Positions 1 to 13,468 of a stretch of DNA of 64,000 nucleotides are shown here, piece by piece. This DNA comes from Paraspadella gotoi (Eukaryota; Animalia; Chaetognatha): positions 7,941,568 through 8,005,567 of the forward strand of contig CM119265.1 in assembly GCA_051294375.1 (NCBI GenBank), in the 5' to 3' direction. Position 1 is the stretch's first letter, and each line of letters begins with the position of its first letter. A program made the translations under genes and the position numbers. A model generated the notes under the pieces. That model was not told the DNA's origin. It did not search any database and saw nothing but the letters and a program-made list of their open reading frames with translations.

Positions 1-383
1 TGACCTCACGAGCACATTTTTTTTTCTGTTTGTCACTTAATTTATTTTACATCGAATCGACGTAGATTTGTTAAAGTTGTTAAAAAAATATTAACCACAA
101 AAACAAATTAGTAATCGATATAAAAAAGAAACTTAGATTTCCATTTTCCAAATGACGCAAAAATTCAAACACAAGATTTTATGACTTTTAACCAGTGGCA
201 TAGATATTAGATAATCTCATTCATCGCCGACAGAAAGTAAAATGGAAAATGTTTTCTTGGATGTCTTCCAATTACTCGAGCGGCGACGTCACGCTTCTCG
301 ATTCGTCGAGCGACGAGACCGACTCCGTTCCAATTTCGATGCCACGCAATCTCTTCGCGAATTCAAGCTCTTGCCACATGAGA

Positions 384-556
384 TTGACGGTCGTGCCAGT
401 TCTTGCTGGTTGACTTTGACGGTTGTGCCAGTTCTTGCCTGTTGAATTTGACGTTCATGCCAGTTCTTGTCCGTTGAGTAAGACAGTCGAGTTTGAGTTT
501 GACGGTCGTGCCAGTTTTTGCCTTTTACTAACTCTGACTGTCGTGTAAGTTCTTGC
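384..556 (+). repeat. Minisatellite: five copies of a 23-bp core (consensus TTGACGGTCGTGCCAGTTCTTGC)
   Basis: Copies start at 384, 416, 448, 499 and 534 (periods 32, 32, 51, 35 bp) and differ from the consensus by a few substitutions. Confidence 0.85.
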
Positions 557-2124
557 TTTTCAATATATCAATACGACCGCAATGACACTGTCATCTAAAC
601 GACTACTCCGATACGTGTTGCGCCACCGACGCTGCGCCATCCAGTCTACGCCACGAAAGCCACGTCATCAACGCCGCCCAAAAAACTCGCCATTAACGCC
701 ACGCCTCGACGAGGCTGGAATGGCGCCGCGAATCGGCGCCAGAAATCGGTTGGCNNNNNNNNNNNNNNNNNNNNNNNNNNNNNNNNNNNNNNNNNNNNNN
801 NNNNNNNNNNNNNNNNNNNNNNNNNNNNNNNNNNNNNNNNNNNNNNNNNNNNNNNNNNNNNNNNNNNNNNNNNNNNNNNNNNNNNNNNNNNNNNNNNNNN
901 NNNNNNNNNNNNNNNNNNNNNGAGAGAGAGAGAGAGAGCTTGTTCGGTCATTCGTCTTTTTCGTTGCAACGTTTTTGCCTTGAAAGATCATAATAAATAT
1001 CCGTTTCCCGCTGAGAAATCATCGGCATTCGACCCTCCATTCAACACAAACCCCTCGTCTCACTCGTTCTCCGTTTCAACCCTTACCCTGGACTTACTTT
1101 TTCTCCGTCGCCCCTTCTCCCTTCCTTTTTCTCTTCTCTCCATGCACTCGCCTTCTTTTTCTCTGTCAGCTTCTCTTTCCCCTCACCAACTTTTATTTTC
1201 TTTATTTTCTTCCACTTTCTTATTTCTCACTCTTCACTTACTCAAGGCCCTACTGCATCCCTCACATTTATTTTCATCTCTCAACCCCCCCCCNNNNNNN
1301 NNNNNNNNNNNNNNNNNNNNNNNNNNNNNNNNNNNNNNNNNNNNNNNNNNNNNNNNNNNNNNNNNNNNNNNNNNNNNNNNNNNNNNNNNNNNNNNNNNNN
1401 NNNNNNNNNNNNNNNNNNNNNNNNNNNNNNNNNNNNNNNNNNNNNNNNNNNNNNNNNNNNNNNNNNNNNNNNNNNNNNNNNNNNNNNNNNNNNNNNNNNA
1501 CGCCTGGCGGTGATGATATGAAAAATGCCTTTTTTTTTCTTTCTCCTCCGCCTTGCGAGACAAAAGAGCAGCGGGGGAAGGGAAGATGGGAAAATCGGGA
1601 GAAAAATGGGGATGGGAACAAAAGTTTAGGAATCTCGAGCGCGCCCGACGGGGGGAGCGGTCCTGCCGCCATTGCGAATGGCGAGGAGCGCTTCCACCGC
1701 CTTCGCGAGCCTTTTGAGAGCTGTCTTGCGGGCTTTGCAAGTGGCGGAGAGCGATCTCAACGCTTTTGCAGCTAGAGTAGTCTAGCTGCATTCGTGAGCA
1801 GCTTTTCCAAAGATTTTAAGTTTCAAAAATTGGCTCGTTTTACCAAATATGTTTCTAGTTACTATTAAAATTTAAGAAACCGTATCTAAAATTACCAGCT
1901 AAAAAAACTAAATGGCCAAGAAATTGCATGATAATGTAAAATTCAACAGTAGTATCATAGGTTTACACTTTGAACTTTCATAAAACTTGTCATAAATAAC
2001 AAACTTTAACTACCGTAATCAAAAAAGTCAATTAAAGAAAAACGAGTCAAAACTGTCGTCGATTATCGTCGACGACGTTTTTATCTCTCGATCCTTAATG
2101 GAAAACGATGGCGCATCTCTCGCC

Positions 2125-2126
<2 letters not shown>

Positions 2127-2163
<37 letters not shown>
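2127..2163 (+). repeat. (GA)n microsatellite
   Basis: Pure GA run. Confidence 0.95.
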
Positions 2164-2166
<3 letters not shown>

Positions 2167-2761
2167 CACCGGACGACGAATGGATTTCGGTTCAATTTTG
2201 AAAGAGAAAAAATCGTTGGGGCGGGGTTCTCCTTCCCACCCCCTCTTCCCTTTTCTCCACCCCCCACCCCCACCCCTTCAAGATGAGGGCGGAGGAGCGA
2301 TGGAGAAGGATGATGGTGACGGGCAAAGGACAGTGAATGATGGGGAAGCGGAGGGATGGAGAGATGGAGAGGCACTACGCCGCGACGGCGCTGAATGATG
2401 GTGATATAAAGAGGCCGAACACTGAATGAAAATGACAGAGATGGAGAGAAGATGAAGTAAAGGGATGTGGCGGNNNNNNNNNNNNNNNNNNNNNNNNNNN
2501 NNNNNNNNNNNNNNNNNNNNNNNNNNNNNNNNNNNNNNNNNNNNNNNNNNNNNNNNNNNNNNNNNNNNNNNNNNNNNNNNNNNNNNNNNNNNNNNNNNNN
2601 NNNNNNNNNNNNNNNNNNNNNNNNNNNNNNNNNNNNNNNNNNNNNNNNNNNNNNNNNNNNNNNNNNNNNNNNNNNNNNNNNNNNNNNNNNNNNNNNNNNN
2701 NNNNNNNNNNNNNNNNNNNNNNNNNNNNNNNNNNNNNNNNNNNNNNNNNNNNNNNNNNNNN

Positions 2762-2930
2762 GGGAGGGAAGAAAGTTGATGGGGTTGTAGTTGGGAAGGA
2801 ACAAAGTTGATGGGGATGTGGTTGGGAGGGACGAAAGTTGATGGGGNNNNNNNNNNAAGGGAAGAATGTTGATGGGGGATGTAGATGGGAGGGAGCAAAG
2901 TTGATGGGGATGTAGATGGGATGGAAGTAG
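2762..2930 (+). repeat. G-rich ~31-bp minisatellite (GGGAGGGANNAAAGTTGATGGGGATGTAGNT), at least 5 units, running into N gaps
   Basis: The GTTGATGGGG core recurs at ~31-bp spacing; the array is bounded and interrupted by gaps. Confidence 0.85.
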
Positions 2931-4743
2931 TTGCCTAGTAATCAACCGATTATGCCGTAACCGTAACCAGTGAAGACTTTGTCGACGGCATTAGTGTAAA
3001 CTGAAATTAAACTAAAAAGGTGTTGATTTCGGGGGCAAGATTTTCGGATTAAGATTAAAATCGATCGGAATTCCTTTTATTTTCATAGAAAAATATCAAA
3101 CGTCGCATCGGATCTGCCCCCTGCCTNNNNNNNNNNNNNNNNNNNNNNNNNNNNNNNNNNNNNNNNNNNNNNNNNNNNNNNNNNNNNNNNNNNNNNNNNN
3201 NNNNNNNNNNNNNNNNNNNNNNNNNNNNNNNNNNNNNNNNNNNNNNNNNNNNNNNNNNNNNNNNNNNNNNNNNNNNNNNNNNNNNNNNNNNNNNNNNNNN
3301 NNNNNNNNNNNNNNNNNNNNNNNNNNNNNNNNNNNNNNNNNNNNNNNNNNNNNNNNNNNNNNNNNNNNNNNNNNNNNNNNNNNNNNNNNNNNNNNNNNNN
3401 NNNNNNNNNNNNNNNNNNNNNNNNNNNNNNNNNNNNNNNNNNNNNNNNNNNNNNNNNNNNNNNNNNNNNNNNNNNNNNNNNNNNNNNNNNNNNNNNNNNN
3501 NNNNNNNNNNNNNNNNNNNNNNNNNNNNNNNNNNNNNNNNNNNNNNNNNNNNNNNNNNNNNNNNNNNNNNNNNNNNNNNNNNNNNNNNNNNNNNNNNNNN
3601 NNNNNNNNNNNNNNNNNNNNNNNNNNNNNNNNNNNNNNNNNNNNNNNNNNNNNNNNNNNNNNNNNNNNNNNNNNNNNNNNNNNNNNNNNNNNNNNNNNNN
3701 NNNNNNNNNNNNNNNNNNNNNNNNNNNNNNNNNNNNNNNNNNNNNNNNNNNNNNNNNNNNNNNNNNNNNNNNNNNNNNNNNNNNNNNNNNNNNNNNNNNN
3801 NNNNNNNNNNNNNNNNNNNNNNNNNNNNNNNNNNNNNNNNNNNNNNNNNNNNNNNNNNNNNNNNNNNNNNNNNNNNNNNNNNNNNNNNNNNNNNNNNNNN
3901 NNNNNNNNNNNNNNNNNNNNNNNNNNNNNNNNNNNNNNNNNNNNNNNNNNNNNNNNNNNNNNNNNNNNNNNNNNNNNNNNNNNNNNNNNNNNNNNNNNNN
4001 NNNNNNNNNNNNNNNNNNNNNNNNNNNNNNNNNNNNNNNNNNNNNNNNNNNNNNNNNNNNNNNNNNNNNNNNNNNNNNNNNNNTTTTTTTCGATATATCG
4101 CTCGACGCAGGTCTGGTTGCTAAGTTGCAATCAATCGGAAGACTTTAAAATGTTTGGATGTTAAAGAGGAGTTGAGAATGTGAGAAAAGGTGAAGCAGAG
4201 GAAGAAAATCATTGGGATGAATAAAGAATTTCATGTGTTGAAGTCATTTTTTTTTTAAATAAAGCCGTACCCACCTCAAATGACGACAGGTTAAGCGCTG
4301 CCTTAATTTTTCTTTCTTTATTTCATTACTTCTTTATTTTCTTTCGTCATGATCCTCATCAGTCATCACCCTTCTTTCTTCCTTTTCTTCCTCTCCCCCC
4401 CCAAAACTTTCGTCCGTTTATCAAAGCAGAAGGCGAGGGTGGGTGACGCCCTCCCCTTTCGGAACTCGTGGCCATTTCACTTGCTTCCTCTTTCCACACC
4501 CAGTCCTCACATACCTTTTACCTCTCTTCTCTTTTTCATCCTTTCACCCCTCTTCTCTTTTTCATCCTCCTCTCTCCCCGGATTCAGCTCCAGTCCTCTT
4601 ATCCGCTACTCCTCGTCTCTGATCCAATCTCTGCTCACGCTATCCATTGCGGTTTTGCTCCAGTTCTCCCGTTTATGCTCCTCCTCGCCTCCGCTCCAGT
4701 CCCTCGTCCGCTTCCGTCAATAAGAAACCCGACGAACTCTAAC

Positions 4744-4873
4744 CTCGGCATCGACTTTGCCCGGGCAGCGTCGGCGGCGGCGTCGGCGGCGGCGGTAGCT
4801 GCCGCGGCGGTGGAGGTGGGCGTGGCCGGCTCGCTCGATACCGAGTGACCCGATATGACCCTCTTTGGTTCAT
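4744..4873 (-). CDS. Candidate first coding exon, Pro/Arg-rich (MNQRGSYRVTRYRASRPRPPPPPRQLPPPPTPPPTLPGQSRCR), product unknown
   Basis: ATG at 4873 lies ~70 bp from a CpG-rich ETS/GC-box cluster; possible donor GAG|GTTAGA at 4743; no recognisable domain. Confidence 0.25.
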
Positions 4874-4879
4874 AAGACC

Positions 4880-4965
4880 CTCGCGATTCGAACGCCGCTC
4901 ACGCGAGAGACGCACGTGGGACGCGAGCGCGCGGGGGACGTGAAGACCGGAAGTGGGCGGCGATG
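4880..4965. promoter_or_regulatory. CpG-rich promoter-like segment with an ETS site overlapping a GC-box (ACCGGAAGTGGGCGG) and an E-box
   Basis: ACCGGAAGTG at 4946-4955, GGGCGG immediately after, CACGTG at ~4913; sharp GC-to-AT transition at ~4970. Confidence 0.5.
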
Positions 4966-5607
4966 ACTTTGTTGTGAAAGGATATAAACATGTATGATGT
5001 TTATATTTACCCCGAGCGTTTACCTAAAGTGGAGCTCTTTTAAAAACTACTCTTTTATACATGTTTAGAAAATTTCAAACAAATTTTTTTTTCCATTAGA
5101 AAGGACATTGATTTTCTTATTTTATTACAATTTTGCCTAATAAATATTTTTGAAACCTCGGTTATCGCGATAACGTTGGGAAATGATCATCTTGCTATCC
5201 TTCTTCCAATTGCATTGTATTAAATTTATGGTTGACATTCGATCGACATTATTTCTCCTTTTTCTCCCTTTCCTTACAATTTTCTCCCTTAACCTTTTCC
5301 TATTTNNNNNNNNNNNNNNNNNNNNNNNNNNNNNNNNNNNNNNNNNNNNNNNNNNNNNNNNNNNNNNNNNNNNNNNNNNNNNNNNNNNNNNNNNNNNNNN
5401 NNNNNNNNNNNNNNNNNNNNNNNNNNNNNNNNNNNNNNNNNNNNNNNNNNNNNNNNNNNNNNNNNNNNNNNNNNNNNNNNNNNNNNNNNNNNNNNNNNNN
5501 NNNNNNNNNNNNNNNNNNNNNNCCGTAGGCAGAGGAAAATCAGAGATTTCTTTCGGAATCAACGATCGCATCAAAAGTTTTGATCTATCGTCGCGTCAAC
5601 CCTTACT

Positions 5608-5662
5608 TGGGGGACCGGGTCCTGGAGACCTGGGAACCTGGGGACCTTGGGACCTGGGGACC
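5608..5662 (+). repeat. ~9-bp tandem repeat (TGGGGACC-like), about 6 units
   Basis: tggggaccgggtcctggagacctgggaacctggggaccttgggacctggggacc. Confidence 0.75.
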
Positions 5663-8183
5663 GACTAATCGCTTAGGTTCTCTAAGTTTTAAACATCCTG
5701 ACCTTCAGAAAAAAAAATTTTGATTTTAATAGGAAATGAATTTTAGTTGTTTTTTTTTTTTTAATTTTAAAAAAATATATCTTTAAAGTTACCAACTAAC
5801 CCCAGGATATTTTAAATGCGCTTTAAAGTTTTAAACTCTTATTTTTTTTTCTAACGGGCTTTTCAATGCAATTTCAATGCACTCAAGCTCCATTGATTTT
5901 CCTGACCAACTAAGGCTTTTCAATCAACCGAACTGCCAATTTTCTTTTCCTTGAAAACGCCAAAATACCCACACTTAGCAATCAAGCCACTTTTGCATCA
6001 TGTTAACTTCTTCAGACGAAACGATAAATCCTACTAGATATCTTTTCTTCTTGATTCGCATACTCATACATCTCATACTCTGAACTCAGTACTCATCAAT
6101 ATCATAAAACTCTAGCATCCTCTCTCTCTCTCTCTACTCTCCATCATAAATCCAAATATTTTTTAGTTATTTTCCATATATCGTATGACGAAACGTTTAA
6201 ACGTACCAATCAATAACATATGAGAGACAAGAAATATTTCCAGTTGAACTCCAAGAACGCCAGAAANNNNNNNNNNNNNNNNNNNNNNNNNGAAATCTTC
6301 CCCCCTCTTTTGTCCGGGCGTTGTTATTTTGTTTTCTTTCGGTAAACAAACCTCGAGACGCTCCCCCGTAAACAAAAGACGAGAGAGCGAGAAAAAGCGG
6401 AACGGTTATAAATAAAACGCGAGGACATCGTTGGATAAATGACGGATGAAGGGCAAAAAAAAATATTTAAAAAAAACTTGGTTTCTTTGTGTTTTTTTAC
6501 TGCGACCTCTATCTTTAAAAAAATGTAATTACATTATCAACTAATTCATATTTATAATAATCTGTCGTGACTAAGTAGTTTCGCATATTTTTATATACAT
6601 ATGTGCCCGAGGTTAGCAGGGCTTTCCCGCTCTTCCTTTCCCTTCTGTTTAAAACAAGTACAAAACCGCGAATTAGAGAGTGTACGAACACCATTCTTTT
6701 TTATTCGTCGGTTACGTGCGTTCGCGCGCATCGACTGCGTGTGAGTTCGACAGCGGAATCAAACATTCTTATCTTGCTCCCTCTCTCTTATTGTTATAAT
6801 ATTTTATTTCGCAAAGCCAAATGATAGAGGAATAAAAAATTTCTTTTGTCTCGCTCAATATGGCTCTCTCTCTNNNNNNNNNNNNNNNNNNNNNNNNNNN
6901 NNNNNNNNNNNNNNNNNNNNNNNNNNNNNNNNNNNNNNNNNNNNNNNNNNNNNNNNNNNNNNNNNNNNNNNNNNNNNNNNNNNNNNNNNNNNNNNNNNNN
7001 NNNNNNNNNNNNNNNNNNNNNNNNNNNNNNNNNNNNNNNNNNNNNNNNNNNNNNNNNNNNNNNNNNNNNNNNNNNNNNNNNNNNNNNNNNNNNNNNNNNN
7101 NNNNNNNNNNNNNNNNNNNNNNNNNNNNNNNNNNNNNNNNNNNAATTCCCTCTCATCGAATTACGCAATTTACCTATCTGTCCATAAACCTCTCTTTTTC
7201 TTTTCTCCTTTATTTCCCCTTCAGAAAATTCTTCTCGCCTCTATGATTTTTTTTCCTATTTTTTATTATCTAACACCTTCACTTTTTTTTTTCCTTTTTT
7301 CTTTTTCCTTTTTTTCTCCCTATTTTTTCTTCGTCCTCTCGACCATTTGCGAGTCTTCATTTCTTTTTTATAACAAGAAACTTCTTATCTCTCACGCGCT
7401 TCGATTTTTATTTGTTTTCCTTTACTTTTTCATTCTCTTCTTTCCGCTTCTAGTTTATCTTTCTCTTCCGCACTTAATATCTCTGTCACCCCATAACTCA
7501 CTCTCTCTATTACCCTTTTTTTCTCTCTCCACCCCATACACTCGAAATCCTCATATTTCAGTTAAACTAAAAATCAAAATTTACAATCGAGCGAAAAAGA
7601 GAAAATAAAATATCGGAGAAAAGTGAATAAATAAAACCGAATTCAATTTTTTTTTCCTTCTTTTTTTCCGANNNNNNNNNNNNNNNNNNNNNNNNNNNNN
7701 NNNNNNNNNNNNNNNNNNNNNNNNNNNNNNNNNNNNNNNNNNNNNNNNNNNNNNNNNNNNNNNNNNNNNNNNNNNNNNNNNNNNNNNNNNNNNNNNNNNN
7801 NNNNNNNNNNNNNNNNNNNNNNNNNNNNNNNNNNNNNNNNNNNNNNNNNNNNNNNNNNNNNNNNNNNNNNNNNNNNNNNNNNNNNNNNNNNNNNNNNNNN
7901 NNNNNNNNNNNNNNNNNNNNNNNNNNNNNNNNNNNNNNNNNNNNNNNNNNNNNNNNNNGACCGACCGACCGACCAAATCGGTGCCGTCGCCAGCTGGCCT
8001 GATAATTCTATCATCTCTTATTATCTTTTCCATCATCTATTAAGCAAAAATCGGCCGCATCTCTGCTTGGATTATCTTTTATCTCAAATTCTCAATCTCT
8101 CTGTATCACAACTTAACGAGCGTTACAACATTCTCCCTTATCACGTCATCTTTTATCTCGCCTTGGCGTCTGTTCTTAATGTA

Positions 8184-8220
<37 letters not shown>

Positions 8221-8961
8221 NNNNNNNNNNNNNNNNNNNNNNNNNNNNNNNNNNNNNNNNNNNNNNNNNNNNNNNNNNNNNNNNNNNNNNNNNNNNNNNN
8301 NNNNNNNNNNNNNNNNNNNNNNNNNNNNNNNNNNNNNNNNNNNNNNNNNNNNNNNNNNNNNNNNNNNNNNNNNNNNNNNNNAGAATTTAATTTTTTTTTT
8401 TTTGCTCTTTTTTTTTCGGTGAAGGAATCGATAATCAATATCACGCGGGGGAACAAGATGGCGCCGGCGAAAAGAGAAACAGAAGGGAAGCGGTGGCCGA
8501 GAGTGGGAGAGCGACGGGGAGGAGTGGAGGGCGAGTGAATGAGAGGAGGCAGATAGAGAGAGAGTGGTGAGACGTGTGAGTGAAACGAAGTGCGCGCCTG
8601 TGATAGACAGTGATGCGCTCTCACGATAATTGAAGAGGGAGGAAATCATCATCGTGAGAGAGAGAGAGAAAGACGTGAATTGTACAGAAATAAGAAAACT
8701 ATAGAAAAACCTAAATAAATGAGATTTTACACACATAATATTATTTGTAAATATTCCATCGTTCACTTAAATCAACAGAGAAGGATGATTTCAAACTTTT
8801 TTCAGACTCGAATCGAATTCAAATCGAATTCGCTACAAATTAATTGGAATTTAAATTTAATTTAATTAATTATATAAATTTAGTTAAGTTGACTCAATAT
8901 GGGTAGGTTAAATCAATTCGATCAAACTTGTCGCATTGGCGTACGTGAAACTTGGGATTAG

Positions 8962-8988
8962 CACAGTGTCACAGTGTCACAGTGTCAC
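8962..8988 (+). repeat. (CACAGTGT)x3 tandem repeat
   Basis: Read directly from the sequence. Confidence 0.85.
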
Positions 8989-10211
8989 ACCCACCCATTC
9001 TACTCCCCAACCCACTCCCCCCCTTTTTTTCCACCTCGACTCCGATCTCAACTGAAAAGTCCGATCTCTCGGTCNNNNNNNNNNNNNNNNNNNNNNNNNN
9101 NNNNNNNNNNNNNNNNNNNNNNNNNNNNNNNNNNNNNNNNNNNNNNNNNNNNNNNNNNNNNNNNNNNNNNNNNNNNNNNNNNNNNNNNNNNNNNNNNNNN
9201 NNNNNNNNNNNNNNNNNNNNNNNNNNNNNNNNNNNNNNNNNNNNNNNNNNNNNNNNNNNNNNNNNNNNNNNNNNNNNNNNNNNNNNNNNNNNNNNNNNNN
9301 NNNNNNNNNNNNNNNNNNNNNNNNNNNNNNNNNNNNNNNNNNNNNNNNNNNNNNNNNNNNNNNNNNNNNNNNNNNNNNNNNNNNNNNNNNNNNNNNNNNN
9401 NNNNNNNNNNNNNNNNNNNNNCTTTGCATATTAGCTCGCGTTGGTAAGAAGACTCGACGGGGAGTAAACACTTTGTTTAACAAGTTTTCCAATAGTCGAG
9501 AATCAAAACTGCGTCGATTAAAAAACGCTTCTTCTTAATTTTTAAAAAAAATATTTCTTTCCTTTTTTTCTTAATTATTTTCAGAAGATATGCGACTTTA
9601 GAACAAATAGAAGTTGTAGTAGGTGGTTTATACGCAGTGAGAGAGAGAGAGTGCTTGTTTTCGCTGGGATCTAATCCGATGCGATGTTGGTTTCTGCCGC
9701 TCCATTTTCAATTCTCGCGCATCAGATGAAGGAAGGGAGTTGGTGAAAAAAGAGGGTGAATCCTCGTGGGCGAATGAGGAGGAGAAAAGCGTGAAGGCGA
9801 CGGAGGCGAAAGTAGGGTAAGTTTGAAAGACGAATCACGGAAACTGCGCGGGTAAGGTGAAGATTGATGTCCGTGAGAAATGATTAGAAAGCGATTGGAA
9901 AGAAGTGCGATTGAGGGTGGGTTGGGAGAACATTGTTCACGGAACATGCGGGGCGCATGTGTTCAGATTGCGTTGAAGGGTCAAGTGCATCGACGCTGGC
10001 CGCTGGAACTGCGAAGTCGACAACGACGTAATTTTGGAAGATAGGAAGGACTGAGCAACTAAGCTACTTCCTAAAAACTTTCCTGAAACGCGCCCTCTGT
10101 CTTATTTAAAAATCATGTATTCATATTCTACCAACTCGAAATGCCAAATGCGTTGAAACACAAAATCCCTAGCGACCGCGTCAATTCTCTTCAAGGTCGA
10201 ATCGCTACGAG

Positions 10212-10268
10212 GAAGACGACGATGAAGACGACGATGAAGACGACGATGAAGACGACGATGAAGACGAT
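10212..10268 (+). repeat. 12-bp tandem repeat (GAAGACGACGAT) x4-5; reads EDDD repeats in one frame
   Basis: Read directly from the sequence; coding status unknown. Confidence 0.9.
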
Positions 10269-10828
10269 GCAGAAAGACTACGCCGATAAAGACGACGATG
10301 ATTCCGGCAGAAAATCCTCTCGTAAACGATTCCATCTTCCGGCCACCAAAGATATTCGCTGTCGGGAATTGAAGATTTTTTTCATTCAGTGAAATAATAT
10401 TATTGTATTATCTCTCTCTCTCTCTCNNNNNNNNNNNNNNNNNNNNNNNNNNNNNNNNNNNNNNNNNNNNNNNNNNNNNNNNNNNNNNNNNNNNNNNNNN
10501 NNNNNNNNNNNNNNNNNNNNNNNNNNNNNNNNNNNNNNNNNNNNNNNNNNNNNNNNNNNNNNNNNNNNNNNNNNNNNNNNNNNNNNNNNNNNNNNNNNNN
10601 NNNNNNNNNNNNNNNNNNNNNNNNNNNNNNGACCCGCTTGATTTTCGTGAGTCGGGATCTCATTGTCGGGCTGTGGATGACCCCTGCAAGACCCCTTCAA
10701 AGTTCCTTTAGTCGGCCTATCAAGACCCTCTGTCTAAAGGCCGTCATTCAGCAGTTTCCACCCTGCTCAGCGGCGTCCGGTGGGGAAGGGCGGCGACGCC
10801 GCTGTCAAAACCCTTTCGTCTTCCTACA

Positions 10829-10865
<37 letters not shown>
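10829..10865 (+). repeat. (GGC)n microsatellite
   Basis: About 12 GGC units. Confidence 0.95.
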
Positions 10866-10866
<1 letters not shown>

Positions 10867-11469
10867 CAGCGTTGCAAAAATCGTTGCAACTTAAGTTTAA
10901 CCTTTGTTTGCTATGTTAAGAAACATTCTTTTAAGGCTATCTTAATTCAATTAAAGCGTCGTTTTTTTTTAAATTTCCTCATAGATTATTTATTTTTTAT
11001 TCATACCTTCGANNNNNNNNNNNNNNNNNNNNNNNNNNNNNNNNNNNNNNNNNNNNNNNNNNNNNNNNNNNNNNNNNNNNNNNNNNNNNNNNNNNNNNNN
11101 NNNNNNNNNNNNNNNNNNNNNNNNNNNNNNNNNNNNNNNNNNNNNNNNNNNNNNNNNNNNNNNNNNNNNNNNNNNNNNNNNNNNNNNNNNNNNNNNCAGA
11201 TTTTCCTGAGATTTTCTCGAGATATTTTTAGGATCCTTGGCATCATCTCTAGGGGTGTTTTTTTTTCTTCTTGTCGTCGTCATCGTCGTCTTCTTCTATC
11301 TGGAGAAAAGGCGGATGAATTGAAGCTTATGATGAGAAAAAGAAGGAAAACGTGAGAAGAAAAGGGAAGAAAAGAAAGGAAAAAGGGAGGAAAGAAAAGA
11401 AAGAAAGGGAGGAAGGAATGAATNNNNNNNNNNGCCGGAGCGCCTAGGGAAATTCCGCGGGACAAAATT

Positions 11470-11516
<47 letters not shown>
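11470..11516 (+). repeat. (GAC)n microsatellite
   Basis: About 15 units. Confidence 0.95.
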
Positions 11517-12275
11517 CTCGGAATCTCAACGACCCGAAAAAGAAGATGGAGAAAGGAGCGAAGGCGAAGCGAATAAGAACTCAGGTCTTTGTGACGCAGA
11601 GAAAAATATAAATTGGCGGGAAAACAATGTAATTAATTGAAAGACCTGAAAATGTTGCACCTGTCGGGAAGAAACTTCCGCTTTTATTCATCAGTGGATT
11701 CATTTATGATCGGACATTAATTCATCTGTAGATCATTAATTATTCATTAATCGTTCATGGATTATTCATAGATCATTCATTGATTATTCATAGATCGACA
11801 GCGCCGACAAAGTTAGTGATGGTTAGGGATGCCGAATAAGTGGGGCCTATTTATCGTTTTTCATCTCTTCGATTGAAATAAATAAATATATCCGAAGAAG
11901 AATCAAGATATTGATTATTTTAAGAACAACCAATATAAAAATTATCCATTCATTTAATAAATAAGCTATCTTGCCCCTGACTTTGGAGAGGCTTTGGTGG
12001 TTTAAAGTCTCCATCAATCTTACAAGCTCTCAGTCTCGTTTATTGACTCACAGAGTTCCTGGCTTCCCGATCAATTGAGATTCGACCGGCGAATCCAAAA
12101 TTTGCTCACTTTTTTAAAATTTCCATCCAGAAATGAATATTTGATAATTGACGTCGACATTATCGGAAATCAATATTGCTAATTTTCTTTCTTTGAAAAA
12201 GGTTTCATATTTATTACATACATATCGATGGATGCCGAATCTCAGCTACTTGATATAAGTTAAGATCTCTCTCTT

Positions 12276-12397
<122 letters not shown>

Positions 12398-12478
12398 CGT
12401 CTCTCCGCATTCTCTCGTTAATATTTTAAAAGGCATGAAACAGAAGGCGTATTTCACTTTTCTTCTGAAAGGAAACCG

Positions 12479-12561
12479 AGAAGGAAGGATGGAGAGAATA
12501 ATGGAGAAATGAAGGAAGAAAGGAGAAGGAAGGATGGAGAGAATAATGGAGAAATGAAGGA
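12479..12561 (+). repeat. Direct repeat of a ~38-bp purine-rich unit (AGAAGGAAGGATGGAGAGAATAATGGAGAAATGAAGGA) x2
   Basis: Two identical copies ~45 bp apart. Confidence 0.85.
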
Positions 12562-12660
12562 GATGAGAATCATAGACTAATAATAAATAGAAAACGAAAA
12601 CAAAGACTTTAATTACAATTCTAAGGGTATATTTTTGAATTCTCTCCTTTCTCTCATCTA

Positions 12661-12698
<38 letters not shown>

Positions 12699-13034
12699 CT
12701 CCTCTCTCTCTCCTCTCGTCTCTCTCATCCAAAACTTAACGATCTGATTTAACGCGAACGGTAACGACGAACAGTGAATATAATTCACGCGCGATCTTTT
12801 CGCGTTTTTGTGAACGAAAGGGAACGAGTGGCGGCCGTCACTTTGCCACTATCGATCATCACTGACGCTCGCACCACACCCTCACTTAGACCCCGATATC
12901 TCTGGCTTTTAGTAGAATTAACACCACTGGCATCACTCCTGCCGCAATCACCGTCTGGAAACATCGTTAGTAATGAGTTTAGTCGCTGCCACAACCACGT
13001 TTTACTGAGCTCTACAGTCTATGTGGCTTTACTC

Positions 13035-13160
<126 letters not shown>

Positions 13161-13468
13161 CAGACTCTCCCAATAAATCGCTCTCTCCCGAATCTCGGCT
13201 GCCAAAAATAACTTGTTCCGCGCTGCTGCCAACGCCTCTGCAGCCGACGGTGCAGCCGACGCGGCCACCGCCGCCTCAGCCGCTGCAGCGTCTCGAGCGA
13301 CGGCGGCGTAATGGAACTGACCATCATCCCGTTAATTGGATCTTCGCGCCTTCTGCCCTTTCGCGCTTCATACCCCGACCCTAGGCCCCTCCCCCTCTTC
13401 TATCCAATCCATCTCGTGACCCCGCCCCCTTTTCCTCCATTGGATCCCTTCCCCTAACCATCCCTGCT

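Noticed and set aside
384-556. CRISPR array
   Set aside because: Linkers are 9-28 bp and related to each other, repeats are degenerate, no cas genes are present, and the context is eukaryotic.
8962-8988. V(D)J RSS heptamers (CACAGTG x3)
   Set aside because: Simple 8-bp tandem repeat with no nonamer at 12/23 spacing.
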